Shown here piece after piece: positions 1 to 10,513 of a DNA stretch of 48,057 bases. Source of the DNA: Candidatus Hodarchaeota archaeon (GTDB lineage Archaea > Asgardarchaeota > Heimdallarchaeia > Hodarchaeales > Hodarchaeaceae). The DNA is taken from the NCBI GenBank assembly GCA_016839815.1, contig JAEOTM010000172.1, positions 1 through 48,057 of the forward strand, in the 5' to 3' direction. How positions within the stretch are numbered: the stretch's first letter is position 1; each line of letters opens with the position of its first letter. The position numbers were made by a program, and so were the translations under genes. The notes below the pieces were generated by a model. The model saw nothing but the letters and a program-made list of their open reading frames with translations, was not told the DNA's origin and ran no database searches.

Positions 1-94
1 CCTTGGTTAATCCTTTCATAGAAGGTGTGCACTTCTAAAGAACAGAAATGAGTACTAATTTCTGTAGTAAGCTTCTTATTGGGAAATATTTCAG

Positions 95-1330
95 ATGTTT
101 CTAAGAATAATTAGCAAATCGTTATCTAAACGGAAGGGGAGGATTATCATTGCAGTGTTAGCAGTAGTCATGGGAGTTAGTATTCCCGCAGCAATGTTCA
201 CTGTTTCATTAGATATTAATCACAAAATTGGGTTAGAATTTCGAAAATTTGGTGCTAATTTACTGATCGTTCCTGAATCAGATACTATCCCAGTAGGTAT
301 TGGTGATATTAGTCTTAGTTCTGTCTCAAATCAACAATATATCAATGAAACTGATATCTACAAAATTAAAACAATTAACTGGTCAAAAAACATTCAGGGA
401 TATGCTCCTTTCCTATACGAGGTTATTTCAGCTCAAGCAAAGGGTCAAGAACAACAAGTGGTTCTTACAGGCACCTGGTTTGAGAAAAATACAACATTAC
501 TTGATGGTACGACCTTTACTACAGGTGTAAGACGAATTAACAGCTGGTGGTGGGATGTAGAAGGTGAATGGATAAACGATACTCAATCCACAGATTCTTT
601 GAGTGTTGAATGTATGGTAGGTAGAAGCGTTGCAGATAAAATGAATTTGGAAATCGGAAATAAAATCACTATTGATTTCCAAAATAAACGTCAATTAGAG
701 ATTGAGGTTAAGGGGATTATTACAACAGGTGGTACAGAAGATAATCATATATTTACTTCTTTAGAAACCGCCCAAAACTTTACTGAGCATGATAATGCCA
801 TACACACAGTACAAGTTAGTGCATTATGCACTGGTTGTCCCATTGAGGAAATCGCAGCTGAAATAGAAATTAAACTAGACAATGTTGAAGCAAAAACCAT
901 TCTGCAAATGACCAATACCGAGATGAGTGTTCTAAATACTGTTGAAACTATGATGATGCTTGTTACCTTCGTTGCTCTTCTTGCAACAATACTAGGCGTA
1001 AGTTCTACCATGACAACTTCAATTTTGGACAGAAAAACGGAAATTGGCCTGATGATGAGTCTAGGAGCAGAAAATTTGAAGATTATCTCCTTATTTTTAA
1101 CCGAATCCCTCTTGATAGGAACTATTGGAGGAAGCATTGGATTTAGTTTCGGAATAATTGGAGCTCAGTTTGTAAGTTTAATTGTGTTTAATTCACTAGT
1201 TACACCGCAAATTGTCGTTTTACCTCTTATAATTGGAATTTCAACTGTAGTTTCCTTAATTGCAGCGATAATCCCAATTAAGAGTGCACTTAGGATTGAT
1301 CCAGTGACAGTATTGAGGAATAACGGATGA
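95..1330 (+). CDS. ABC transporter permease, FtsX/MacB family (iron-uptake Fet-type cluster)
   Basis: N-terminal TM, large extracellular domain, 'DRKTEIGLMMSLGA' FtsX motif, three C-terminal TMs and an 'IDPVTVLR' end; overlaps the ATPase start by 4 nt. Confidence 0.9.
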   Translation: MFLRIISKSLSKRKGRIIIAVLAVVMGVSIPAAMFTVSLDINHKIGLEFRKFGANLLIVPESDTIPVGIGDISLSSVSNQQYINETDIYKIKTINWSKNIQGYAPFLYEVISAQAKGQEQQVVLTGTWFEKNTTLLDGTTFTTGVRRINSWWWDVEGEWINDTQSTDSLSVECMVGRSVADKMNLEIGNKITIDFQNKRQLEIEVKGIITTGGTEDNHIFTSLETAQNFTEHDNAIHTVQVSALCTGCPIEEIAAEIEIKLDNVEAKTILQMTNTEMSVLNTVETMMMLVTFVALLATILGVSSTMTTSILDRKTEIGLMMSLGAENLKIISLFLTESLLIGTIGGSIGFSFGIIGAQFVSLIVFNSLVTPQIVVLPLIIGISTVVSLIAAIIPIKSALRIDPVTVLRNNG

Positions 1331-1998
1331 GTAAAATTTTAATCTCTATAGAGAACTTATCGAAAATTTATGATGAGCACACTATCGCTCTAAAGGAGAT
1401 TAACCTTAAAATTAAATCTGGGGAATGGACATCTATTATTGGTCCAAGTGGTTCTGGTAAGACTACGCTGTTAAACATGGTAAGCTGTTTAGACAGACCT
1501 TCATCTGGATTGATAAGCATAGACGGAAAAAATATTTCTAATCTTAGTCGTACAGAACTAACTCGATTTAGAAGAGAAAAAATCGGATTGATATTCCAAC
1601 AACATTATCTCGTTCCTTATCTGACAGCTTTAGAGAATGTATTACTCCCAATGTACTATAATGGAGACGTGCAGGAAGATTTTGCGATACAAATATTAAA
1701 TCGTGTAGGGATGGGACATCGTTTACACTCAATTCCTACTAAACTCTCTGGTGGGGAACAACAAAGAGTTTGTATCGCCAGATCAATGATTAATAAACCT
1801 CAAATACTAATTGCTGACGAACCAACTGGTAATCTTGATCAAAAAAACGGAAAAAAGGTACTGAACTTAATAAAAGATTTACATGATGAAGGGAATGCTA
1901 TTTTACTCGTCACTCACAATCTAGAAATAGCTAAATTGGGAGATTCGATTCTAGAGATTGTTGATGGGAAAATTTCGTCTAAAAACGGGAGATCGTAA
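1327..1998 (+). CDS. ABC transporter ATP-binding protein (LolD/MacB-type)
   Basis: Walker A GPSGSGKT, signature LSGGEQQR, Walker B ILIADEPTGNLD, H-loop VTH. Confidence 0.95.
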   Translation: MSKILISIENLSKIYDEHTIALKEINLKIKSGEWTSIIGPSGSGKTTLLNMVSCLDRPSSGLISIDGKNISNLSRTELTRFRREKIGLIFQQHYLVPYLTALENVLLPMYYNGDVQEDFAIQILNRVGMGHRLHSIPTKLSGGEQQRVCIARSMINKPQILIADEPTGNLDQKNGKKVLNLIKDLHDEGNAILLVTHNLEIAKLGDSILEIVDGKISSKNGRS

Positions 1999-2012
1999 AT
2001 TAGTAATAGGTT

Positions 2013-2525
2013 GTGAAAATCATGAAGAAAAAAAGTGACTTAGTAAATGATGAATATGATGGATTAAGTAGTAAACATTTAGGGATAGCTGTTGCTTGTA
2101 TCGCAGTATTTACTTTTGCTTTAATTATTGCACTACAACCTGGGCCTGAACAAAATACTATTGCAGCCAAACAAGAAGGAGAAAATTTAGTTATAAAGGT
2201 CAAAGATGTGAAACCTGATGCTAAATTTTACTTCTATGAAGTGGAAAATGTAAAGATAAAGTTTTTTGCTGTGCTAGGATTTGATAATAATCCTCATATC
2301 GCATTTGATGCATGTGATGTGTGCTACGAAGCTAAAAAAGGCTATGCACATGAAGATCCTTATATGAGATGTCGAAATTGTGATAATACATTTTTGGTTG
2401 ATGGTATTGGTACAGAAAATGTTGCAGGTGGATGTTGGCCTTCCTATTTACCAATCTCAATAATAGAAAACCAAATAGTGATTGAAATCACTGAGATAAC
2501 TCAGAAGCTTTGGATGTTTGTGTAG
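2013..2525 (+). CDS. DUF2318 / FtrD-like membrane-anchored iron-sulfur protein
   Basis: One TM, then AFDACDVC, CRNC and GGCWP motifs typical of DUF2318; follows an FtsX-type ABC pair. Confidence 0.85.
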   Translation: MKIMKKKSDLVNDEYDGLSSKHLGIAVACIAVFTFALIIALQPGPEQNTIAAKQEGENLVIKVKDVKPDAKFYFYEVENVKIKFFAVLGFDNNPHIAFDACDVCYEAKKGYAHEDPYMRCRNCDNTFLVDGIGTENVAGGCWPSYLPISIIENQIVIEITEITQKLWMFV

Positions 2526-2581
2526 AAATAAATCGGAAAAAAGAAGAGAGATCTGAAGAAAATTTCCTTAACGGAATACGA

Positions 2582-3454
2582 ATGAATTCTCTTTCTATTA
2601 TCCCTTATACTCAAGAATTAATTACACGTAGAACCTCTATTAGGACTTATGATTTATCAACAAATATTAATAAAGAAATCGACCTGATGAGTGAGTTCAT
2701 TACCCAATTACCAGCGAGTCCTTTCCAAGGAAGTACACGGTTTGAAATAATCCAGCTTGAGGGTAGAAATAAACTACAAAAACTAAGATTGGGTACTTAT
2801 GGATTTGTTAAACGAGCTGAAAATTTACTTATCGGGATCATAACTAAACCTACCTTTTATGATTTGGAAAATATTGGATTTCTTTTTGAATGTCTAATAT
2901 TGTTTGCAACGAAACTGGGTTTAGGAACCGTATGGCTAGGAGGGACTTTTAGTAGAAAAGCCTTTTTCTCTCATTTAAACTTGTGTAATAATGAAAGGAT
3001 CCCAGTTATTTCTCCAGTAGGTCGGATTGCTTCAAAGCAAACACTTCGCTCAAAAGCTATAAAATCTATTGCTAAATCAAAAACACGAAAACCATGGTCA
3101 AAGTTATTTTTTGAACGTGATTTTATTACTCCTCTTGTGAAGGATGCAGTCAAAGAGTTTGCTACTCCTCTGGAAATGGTGAGACTTGCCCCTTCTGCTT
3201 CAAATTTTCAACCTTGGCGAATAATTAAGATACCAGATGAGAATATTTTCCATTTTTACATCTATCGACGAAGTCCCCGTTCACATAGGATTCTGAATTG
3301 GCCCGATCTTTCACGTATAGATCTGGGGATTGCAGTATGTCACTTTGATCTCACAGTTAGACAAATGAATCTTTCTGGTGAATGGAGATTTGAATATCCA
3401 TCTCATCCAGTGAAAGAAGATATGGAATATTTACTCTCTTGGGTTTCTTCATAA
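2582..3454 (+). CDS. Nitroreductase family protein (two-domain, TM1586-like)
   Basis: RRTSIRTY, 'LGLGTVWLGGTF', 'RLAPSASNFQPW', 'IDLGIAVCHF'. ATG 2582 is preferred over the TTG at 2510, which overlaps the upstream gene. Confidence 0.88.
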   Translation: MNSLSIIPYTQELITRRTSIRTYDLSTNINKEIDLMSEFITQLPASPFQGSTRFEIIQLEGRNKLQKLRLGTYGFVKRAENLLIGIITKPTFYDLENIGFLFECLILFATKLGLGTVWLGGTFSRKAFFSHLNLCNNERIPVISPVGRIASKQTLRSKAIKSIAKSKTRKPWSKLFFERDFITPLVKDAVKEFATPLEMVRLAPSASNFQPWRIIKIPDENIFHFYIYRRSPRSHRILNWPDLSRIDLGIAVCHFDLTVRQMNLSGEWRFEYPSHPVKEDMEYLLSWVSS

Positions 3455-3465
3455 CAAAATTGACC

Positions 3466-4305
3466 TTAGGATTCTCTGTTGGTTTTTTGGCCTATAACAC
3501 CTCTTAGAAATGCGCCTGTAAGTATTAGAAGTACACAAACCATGTTAAAAGACCAATTCTGAAACAAAAGGTCTGTACATAATAGTAATAAACTACATCC
3601 AATAGGGAGGAGACTATTAGCTACAAATTTCAATGAAGAGGGAATTTGATAAGGAAGAGTATACCTTAAAATGATGGGAAGAAAACAAAATGGCAAAATT
3701 CCTATAATAATTCCAACCCAATAAGTTTCTAATCCATACAGAAGATAATACGATGCAAAAGCGACAGAAATGATTGTACCAACCAATATTCCGTAGCAAC
3801 CAGTACAGAAGTACTTATTCTTAATCTGGAACTCATGACCAGATTTTATCAGATGAACAGGATGATGAGAGTGTTTAATTGACAATCGACCAATTCGTGT
3901 AGAAAATGAATCAACTCGTAAGGAATTCTTTCGATAACATGAATAAGCCCTATTTGATTTTGTAATCTGAATTCCTGACAAATTAAATGCAAGAAATGTT
4001 GAACCAAAGAGTGTTACGAGAATTGGGCCATGTGAGTCAAATGCTTGCAGTATCCCTACAAGAACAGCCGTAAAAAGTGCACTTCCTAAAGCAAAAGCAA
4101 TAGGAAAAATCGCATTTTCAGTAGTTGAACCACATGTACATGTTGCATCAGAGCATGCATTCGAACACGCATCAGAGCATGCTTGATTACATGATTCCTG
4201 ACAGTTCTCCTCACAGCTTTCTGTACAACTCTCACAGAATGATCTCGTACAATCTTGACAACATTCTTCAGCACAAGTGTTTTCTTCAGTTGACATCTTT
4301 TTCAC
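3466..4305 (-). CDS. Membrane protein with Cys-rich N-terminus and DUF2085-like His/Cys motif
   Basis: 14 Cys in the first ~58 aa, about 6 TM segments, 'HSHHPVH...GHEF...FCTGCYG'. Confidence 0.65.
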   Translation of the reverse strand: MKKMSTEENTCAEECCQDCTRSFCESCTESCEENCQESCNQACSDACSNACSDATCTCGSTTENAIFPIAFALGSALFTAVLVGILQAFDSHGPILVTLFGSTFLAFNLSGIQITKSNRAYSCYRKNSLRVDSFSTRIGRLSIKHSHHPVHLIKSGHEFQIKNKYFCTGCYGILVGTIISVAFASYYLLYGLETYWVGIIIGILPFCFLPIILRYTLPYQIPSSLKFVANSLLPIGCSLLLLCTDLLFQNWSFNMVCVLLILTGAFLRGVIGQKTNRES

Positions 4306-4408
4306 CTTGATTTCAATCTTCTATCAACAGGGAAATCACCTATAAAAATATTAGGATCATGATTCCTCCTACCCTGTAAAAGATAATAAAATCTTTAGAT
4401 AACCTTAG

Positions 4409-6019
4409 TTAGTCTGAAGTATTCTTTTGTGGATCTCTAAAAAACATAAGAGGTAAATTAAAGAGTCGTTTTATTTTACCAGGATCAACAACTGATTCTC
4501 TAGCATATTTAACTCCAAGCTTTTCAAGTCGTAATAAGAATAAGCGAAGTCGTTGTCTGAAATCTATATAATCCTTTTTTTGTTGCGACCAAGCAACTTC
4601 AGCAAGAGCTGTTAATCGTGGGAATACTTGCCAATCAATACGAGAAAGTGTAGGAACCCACTCAGTCCAAAGTTGTGCAGATAGTCCTAGAATATTGTCA
4701 GAGAATTGGGGTTCAAGCCCTTTAGGAATGGGATCAAATTGGTAGCACTTCTTAAGTGAGGTCATTGTATATGGATAGTCTAAATAGGTATAAAAAAACC
4801 GAGATATGATCATCTTTCTTCCTTTTCTAAGATGATTTTTCACAAGTTCAGATCCCCCTAACCAGTGTTGAGCTACCACACTTGAATCTAAGTTCTCAAA
4901 TTGATCAGGTAAAATTTCATTCCAACCAATTGCCACTTTATTAAGATCTTTTAACAGGTTTACAAGACGGGAAGTGAAATATTCCTGAAGAGCTTTTTCA
5001 TTAGGAAGGTCCTCATCTCTGATACGTTTTTGACATTCTGGGCAGACCTTCCATCGGGATGTAGGAGTTTCATCCCCACCTATATGAAAAAAGGGAGAGG
5101 GGAAAAGTGGTGCTACTTCTCTGAAAAGATCTTCAATAAAATTATAAATCTGGTCTTTTCCTGGACAGAGGACATCCTTAAAAATACCCCAATCCGTAGC
5201 AACCTCAAAAGGGCCCCCTGTACAACTATATTCAGGATAGGCGGCAAGAAGTGCTCGTGTGTGTCCTGGTAAATCAATTTCTGGAACTACCATGATATAT
5301 CTATCTTTTGCATACTCAACGATTTCCTGAATATCTTCTTGCGTATAATACCCCCCATGTGGAGTCGTGGATCTCTTTTTACGTAGAAAGCTTCGATATC
5401 CTCCAATTTGACTTCCTTTCCGCCATGCTCCAACATCAGTTAATTTATGATACTTTTTTACCTCAATTCGCCAACCTTGATCTTCGGTTAAATGCCAATG
5501 AAATACATTAAGCTTGTGTAAAGCCATTAAATCAAGCATACGCTTTACGACAGTTTTGCCATGAAAATGACGACATTCATCAAACATAAATCCTCTCCAG
5601 CTAAATCGTGGATAATCAACAATCTTAATACCAGGAATATCCCATGTCATTTTCACCTCTGTCTTGGATTCAATTTCCAACGGTAGCAACTGTCTTAAAG
5701 TTTGAATTGCATAAAATGCACCTTTAGAATGATGTGCTCTAACTATAACAATGTTAGAAGTGATTTCTAGAATGTAACCTTCATTCCCATGTGTATTTGT
5801 TTCACTATCCATTTGAATTATGATAGCATTCTTATCAGGTAGTGATTTTTCCACTTCCTGTAATAAAAAGTGAAATCCAGTTGGTAACGATAGAAAATTC
5901 TTGAGATATTCAGCCTCTTTGGAAAAAGCAGGTGAGAAGAATATTGTTGTCTCTTCGTTTAGATGAAATACTTCAGAATTTAACTCACACAGAACTGGTT
6001 TAGGAATAATGGAAACCAT
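4409..6019 (-). CDS. Beta-N-acetylhexosaminidase (GH20), apparently cytoplasmic
   Basis: 'DYPRFSWRGFMFDECRHF', 'HWHLTEDQGWR', 'PEIDLPGH', catalytic 'HIGGDE', 'LWTEW', 'FPRLTALAEVAW'; no signal peptide. Confidence 0.95.
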   Translation of the reverse strand: MVSIIPKPVLCELNSEVFHLNEETTIFFSPAFSKEAEYLKNFLSLPTGFHFLLQEVEKSLPDKNAIIIQMDSETNTHGNEGYILEITSNIVIVRAHHSKGAFYAIQTLRQLLPLEIESKTEVKMTWDIPGIKIVDYPRFSWRGFMFDECRHFHGKTVVKRMLDLMALHKLNVFHWHLTEDQGWRIEVKKYHKLTDVGAWRKGSQIGGYRSFLRKKRSTTPHGGYYTQEDIQEIVEYAKDRYIMVVPEIDLPGHTRALLAAYPEYSCTGGPFEVATDWGIFKDVLCPGKDQIYNFIEDLFREVAPLFPSPFFHIGGDETPTSRWKVCPECQKRIRDEDLPNEKALQEYFTSRLVNLLKDLNKVAIGWNEILPDQFENLDSSVVAQHWLGGSELVKNHLRKGRKMIISRFFYTYLDYPYTMTSLKKCYQFDPIPKGLEPQFSDNILGLSAQLWTEWVPTLSRIDWQVFPRLTALAEVAWSQQKKDYIDFRQRLRLFLLRLEKLGVKYARESVVDPGKIKRLFNLPLMFFRDPQKNTSD

Positions 6020-6046
6020 TGAGAAAAAAACTCCTTTTTAGGATAA

Positions 6047-6370
6047 TTATGAATCTAAACCACAATCATGTAAAGAGACTCTTAAAGGCCTAAGAGTGGT
6101 AATCTTTTGAATCTTAGCTTTAACACTGGGATCATTTTCCAGTAATTTTTTAGCTTCCTCCAATGTTTCTGTACACAGAATATAGATTCCAAAAGGATCA
6201 TTCTCTTGAAGAGTAGGTCCTGCTAAATAGAGTTTACCATGATTCATAAGATCTTGAAGATATTCAAAGTGATTACTCATAATCTGATTCTCTGAATCAA
6301 TAGGGTTGGTTATAAAATCCTTCCGATAGGGGTGAGTTATTGCAAAAAAGTGGGGGGACATAAAAGACAC
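6047..6370 (-). CDS. YciI family protein
   Basis: 'HFEYLQDL...GKLYLAGP...GIYIL...EEAKKLLENDP' YciI pattern. Confidence 0.85.
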   Translation of the reverse strand: MSFMSPHFFAITHPYRKDFITNPIDSENQIMSNHFEYLQDLMNHGKLYLAGPTLQENDPFGIYILCTETLEEAKKLLENDPSVKAKIQKITTLRPLRVSLHDCGLDS

Positions 6371-6413
6371 CTTAAATCTCTAGTAAATCGATTTTGAAAA
6401 GAATTTTTACAAA

Positions 6414-7226
6414 TTACTTATGTGGTTTTTGAAATATAGCAATTATACGTGAACCCTTTTTTCTCTCATCAGGTCGGTCTTCATATGAAAGAAAGTTCTC
6501 GACAAACTCTAATCCCGCTAATTTCGCATAATATTTCAGTTCACGTATATTAATCATGATAAGCTCATGAATATCCTCATAAAGAAGAAAAGGGTCAGTT
6601 TTAGGTGTTTTATCTGCTTTAAGGAAAATACGAGCATGATGAATCCAAATATCTCGAGTGGGATCTGGTCCATATGAAACAACTAAGAGACCTTGTTTCC
6701 CCTCTAAATCAATTTCTTTAGGTTCAGGATGTTTATATTTTTTGATAATTGCATAAAAGTTCATTAGATCAACAAGAAATATCCCTCTTGGCTTTAGTGC
6801 TCTATAGATATTTTTCAAGGATTGGATGAATTCCTCACTTGACGTAAGATAAGCCATTGTCCCATTTAAACCAAATATCAATTTATACTTTTCATTAGCC
6901 ATTAAAGTTTGATAAGAACCCTTTGAAAGAGAAATCTTGGTATTTTCTTTGTCAGCTTTTTTACTGGCAATTTCCATCATCCCTTCAAATGGTTCCATTC
7001 CTTCAATAACATAGCCTTTTTGAGTTAGGGGAATTAGAACGCGGCCCGTACCTGCTCCCATATCAAGGATAAGATGATCAGGATTGTTAATCTCAATTTT
7101 CTTGTAGGTAAGAAACCACTGAATGAACTCTAACGAAGGACTTACTTCAGTACTAACAGCTTGGCCATAAAGAGAATCATACCAATGAGGAAATTTGGAA
7201 TAAAGAGATAACAAAACATTTTTCAT
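6414..7226 (-). CDS. Class I SAM-dependent methyltransferase
   Basis: Motif I 'ILDMGAGTGR' and 'ALKPRGIFLVD'; start could be 7226 or 7268. Confidence 0.9.
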   Translation of the reverse strand: MKNVLLSLYSKFPHWYDSLYGQAVSTEVSPSLEFIQWFLTYKKIEINNPDHLILDMGAGTGRVLIPLTQKGYVIEGMEPFEGMMEIASKKADKENTKISLSKGSYQTLMANEKYKLIFGLNGTMAYLTSSEEFIQSLKNIYRALKPRGIFLVDLMNFYAIIKKYKHPEPKEIDLEGKQGLLVVSYGPDPTRDIWIHHARIFLKADKTPKTDPFLLYEDIHELIMINIRELKYYAKLAGLEFVENFLSYEDRPDERKKGSRIIAIFQKPHK

Positions 7227-7406
7227 AGAGTCTCTCCAGAATTTCTTATTTATAAACATATACCGCATTATTAGCTTTTCGCTATTTACTACCCCTTCAA
7301 CTTAATATTAACCAGAAACGCGGTTTTATTTGCTTAATTTTTTATATAAATACATGGGAAATAAGATTATACTTTTTGAATTCTACCCTGAAAGGATTAC
7401 ACTGAA

Positions 7407-9377
7407 ATGCAATTCACATTATTTTCTAATCTAAAAATCGCTCAGAAAATTATAATTCTAGTCTTACTTGTATCTATGGTTCCCTTAACATTAGTGACAA
7501 TGATGAATATAACAAATATACAAGGAGATTTAACAAACGCAAAGATGAATGAACTAGAAACGTTAACACAAGCTTTAGTTTATAATGTGGATACTACGCT
7601 AAAGATAAAAATGGAAGAAGTTCAATCTCTCGCACGGTCACCTGCATCAATTACCTCCGCATTACTTGCACAAAATGCATCTGAAGCTGAATTATGGGAT
7701 ACTTATGAGGGATCTAACTACGATATTGAAACTAGCATGCTAGATACTAAAACACCATTAACATGGGACCCACATGATGATATTGATGTCTTATATTCGA
7801 AATATCTAGCTGATCAAGCCAGCTCTCTTGGATTTACAGAAATATATGTTACTGATACTAGGGGGTTTTTATTTGCCTCGTCACCAGTTATCCCAAGTGA
7901 TTTTCTTCAAGAAGGAGAGGATTGGTGGACACACTGTAATGAATCACTTACGGGGAAATATGTTGAATATGAGTATGATACTGAAATTGAGAAATTTTTA
8001 ATGGACATAAATATTAAAATAATCACTTTAGATGGTGTATTTCTCGGAATAATTAAAGCACGATATGATATAACTCTAGTTTCCCAAAATCTCCATAATA
8101 TTCTGCAAAATCGATTGAGTTCCAATATTGGAACCTCTGAATTATCATCTGATTGTTATACTTGTCATGATGCACCAGAAGGTCAAGATAATACCTCCGA
8201 AGAAACAACAACGTTAGACTCAAACATGAGTGCTAACATGGTTCAGAATGCTCGTGTAGCGTTTTCAGTTTTATCTGATGGGAGAATATTAACATATTTT
8301 GATAACTCATATGTTGGGAAAAATCTAGAAGAATTATTACCCGTCAGTAACTCCAAAAACAAAAAAGTGATTGAACAGATAAATGAGGAGTCATTTAATG
8401 CAAGTGAAGGAAAAGTAAGTGTGAAAGGAGAAACTACTTACTTAGCAAGTTATATCAAGATAAGTACATGGAATATTACGCTATTTCTAATTGAGAAAAC
8501 ATCAATTATTGATCAAACAATAACCAATGAGATAACAGGTTCTTTATTCCTCTTTGGTGGTGTCATAATCTTTTGTCTACTTGCAGCCTATTTCTTATCT
8601 ATGTCAATAGCTAAACCAATAGAGTCCATTGCTTCTGTCACAGAGCAAGTAGCAGAAGGAAAATTAGGTGTGAAAATAGATGCTAACATAAAAGACAGAA
8701 CAGATGAGGTAGGATCTCTAGGAAATACTCTAGGTTTAATGGTTGATAATCTAAAAGAATCACTTTCATCTTCACAAATTTCTGCTGAAAAGTTAGCTTC
8801 CTCAGCACAAGAGGTTGCTTCTACCTCGGAAGAAGTCAATGCATTGTCTGAAGAAATAGCGGCAACCATACAACAAATTTCACGGGGAGCTTCAAATCAA
8901 TCCACGATAGCTGTAGAAGGAATAGGAAAAGCTAAACAAATGGCTGAAGCAGTCAATACAGCGTTGGGAGAAATCGAAATTACTTTGCAAATTATTGAAG
9001 ATATTGCCAAACAAACAAATATTCTAGCTTTAAATGCAGCTATTGAGGCTGCAAGGGCAGGAGAATATGGACGTGGATTTGCAGTAGTAGCAGACAATGT
9101 AAGAAGACTAGCTGAAGAAACAAGAGAAAATGCTTCTGAAATAAACCAAATGACTGAGAATATTGTAAATAGTGTTGGGGGAAGCATAAGTGAATTTAGA
9201 GCCATTTTTGAGAGTTTTGCCACGCAATCAGAGGAATTTAGTGCCTCAAGTGAACAGGTTGCTGCTGCAACAGAAGAACAATCTGCCTCCATGCATTCGT
9301 TGACCAATGCAGCACAAGACCTAACCCTCCTTAGTACAGAGATGATGAAAACAATTAACAAGTTCAAATTTGATTAA
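7407..9377 (+). CDS. Methyl-accepting chemotaxis-like receptor (TM, Cache-like sensor with CxxCH, TM, HAMP, short MCP signal domain)
   Basis: Two TMs, HAMP 'KPIESI...DEVGSLG', hairpin '[40 protein letters not shown]'. Confidence 0.93.
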   Translation: MQFTLFSNLKIAQKIIILVLLVSMVPLTLVTMMNITNIQGDLTNAKMNELETLTQALVYNVDTTLKIKMEEVQSLARSPASITSALLAQNASEAELWDTYEGSNYDIETSMLDTKTPLTWDPHDDIDVLYSKYLADQASSLGFTEIYVTDTRGFLFASSPVIPSDFLQEGEDWWTHCNESLTGKYVEYEYDTEIEKFLMDINIKIITLDGVFLGIIKARYDITLVSQNLHNILQNRLSSNIGTSELSSDCYTCHDAPEGQDNTSEETTTLDSNMSANMVQNARVAFSVLSDGRILTYFDNSYVGKNLEELLPVSNSKNKKVIEQINEESFNASEGKVSVKGETTYLASYIKISTWNITLFLIEKTSIIDQTITNEITGSLFLFGGVIIFCLLAAYFLSMSIAKPIESIASVTEQVAEGKLGVKIDANIKDRTDEVGSLGNTLGLMVDNLKESLSSSQISAEKLASSAQEVASTSEEVNALSEEIAATIQQISRGASNQSTIAVEGIGKAKQMAEAVNTALGEIEITLQIIEDIAKQTNILALNAAIEAARAGEYGRGFAVVADNVRRLAEETRENASEINQMTENIVNSVGGSISEFRAIFESFATQSEEFSASSEQVAAATEEQSASMHSLTNAAQDLTLLSTEMMKTINKFKFD

Positions 9378-9413
9378 TACTAGCCCCTAACCGAGAATGA
9401 GTCATAAAACTCA

Positions 9414-9716
9414 TCATTCTCCTATATACCAAATTTCCAGTATTGTAAATACGATAAAAATAAGGAGTAACAACACAACAACGAATGGGGGAAGTTCGAT
9501 TTTGAAAAGGTCCACTAGGATCATAAAAATGACTAATCCAACGACAGCTATAAGAAAAGAGACTGGTGCCCGTTCCCATAGCATATTCCGATATCTAATC
9601 CGTCGATGAACTGCTTTCCATCCATAATGATGTTTTAAAGAGAAATAGCGTCGTAAACCACGCTTAAATCGTCTTCTTGTCGCACCAGGAAAAGTATAAT
9701 GAGGTTGATCTTTCAT
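9414..9716 (-). CDS. Hypothetical small membrane protein (basic N-terminus, 2 TM)
   Basis: Fills the intergenic gap; has two hydrophobic segments. Confidence 0.55.
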   Translation of the reverse strand: MKDQPHYTFPGATRRRFKRGLRRYFSLKHHYGWKAVHRRIRYRNMLWERAPVSFLIAVVGLVIFMILVDLFKIELPPFVVVLLLLIFIVFTILEIWYIGE

Positions 9717-9831
9717 GAGCTCTTCTGTTACAATCAGCTTTTTATTCCTTCATATACCGGAACAGATATGACTTAGCTTATCCACAGGAAATTATCTGAA
9801 TTATCAAATATTTAAAGGTAGACAAGAGTTA

Positions 9832-10464
9832 ATGGAACAAACTGAAGAAGAGAAATGGATAGATAGAGAGGATCCAGATAGCGACGGAACTCCTCCCACA
9901 AAAAAAATTGAACATAGTTTATCCTCTGAGGAATTAATAAAGGAAATAAAAATGGATAAAAAATGTTCAATGTTTAAGGAGAGTTCAGCGAACTTAATTA
10001 GTGGAATCTTCGGATTTCTCTTCTTCTCATTCGTTGGATTAGCTCTTACTGCGTATGCAATTATGGATATTGTACAGGAACCTGCGACTTTCTTTGAGAA
10101 TGGCATTTTAATCATGATGTCTGTTGTTGTTCTTTTATTAGCAGGTGGAGGAATCTATATCTACAAAATTAATACGCTCTTTACATCTAAAAAAGGAATA
10201 GGCCACACACATCACAAATTTGCTGATTGCGCGATTCAATGGGAGCATATAAGTCATATCGCAATCGATGAAAAGGATAACGACATCTATATGATGTGGA
10301 TTCATGGAAATAGACGAAAGATAATTTTTCAAAATCCCTGGTGGAGTCGGAAACGTTTCACGTATTCAGAATTGAAGAGGTATTTACCAAACTTAGATTT
10401 GTGGGTCGTCAGTCAGCAGAAAAATTCACGTAGAAAGGTTGTAAGATATCGAAGAAACATTTAA
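9832..10464 (+). CDS. Hypothetical membrane protein (2 TM plus possible PH-like C-terminal domain)
   Basis: Two TMs followed by 'IQWEHISHIAI', resembling bacterial PH-like domains. Confidence 0.6.
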   Translation: MEQTEEEKWIDREDPDSDGTPPTKKIEHSLSSEELIKEIKMDKKCSMFKESSANLISGIFGFLFFSFVGLALTAYAIMDIVQEPATFFENGILIMMSVVVLLLAGGGIYIYKINTLFTSKKGIGHTHHKFADCAIQWEHISHIAIDEKDNDIYMMWIHGNRRKIIFQNPWWSRKRFTYSELKRYLPNLDLWVVSQQKNSRRKVVRYRRNI

Positions 10465-10513
10465 TTAATTATTCGAATTGCCTCGGTAAAAAAAACCATT
10501 TAAGCCCTTTTCG

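Noticed and set aside
3-38. Possible 3' end of an upstream CDS (LVNPFIEGVHF*)
   Set aside because: Too short to support or assign
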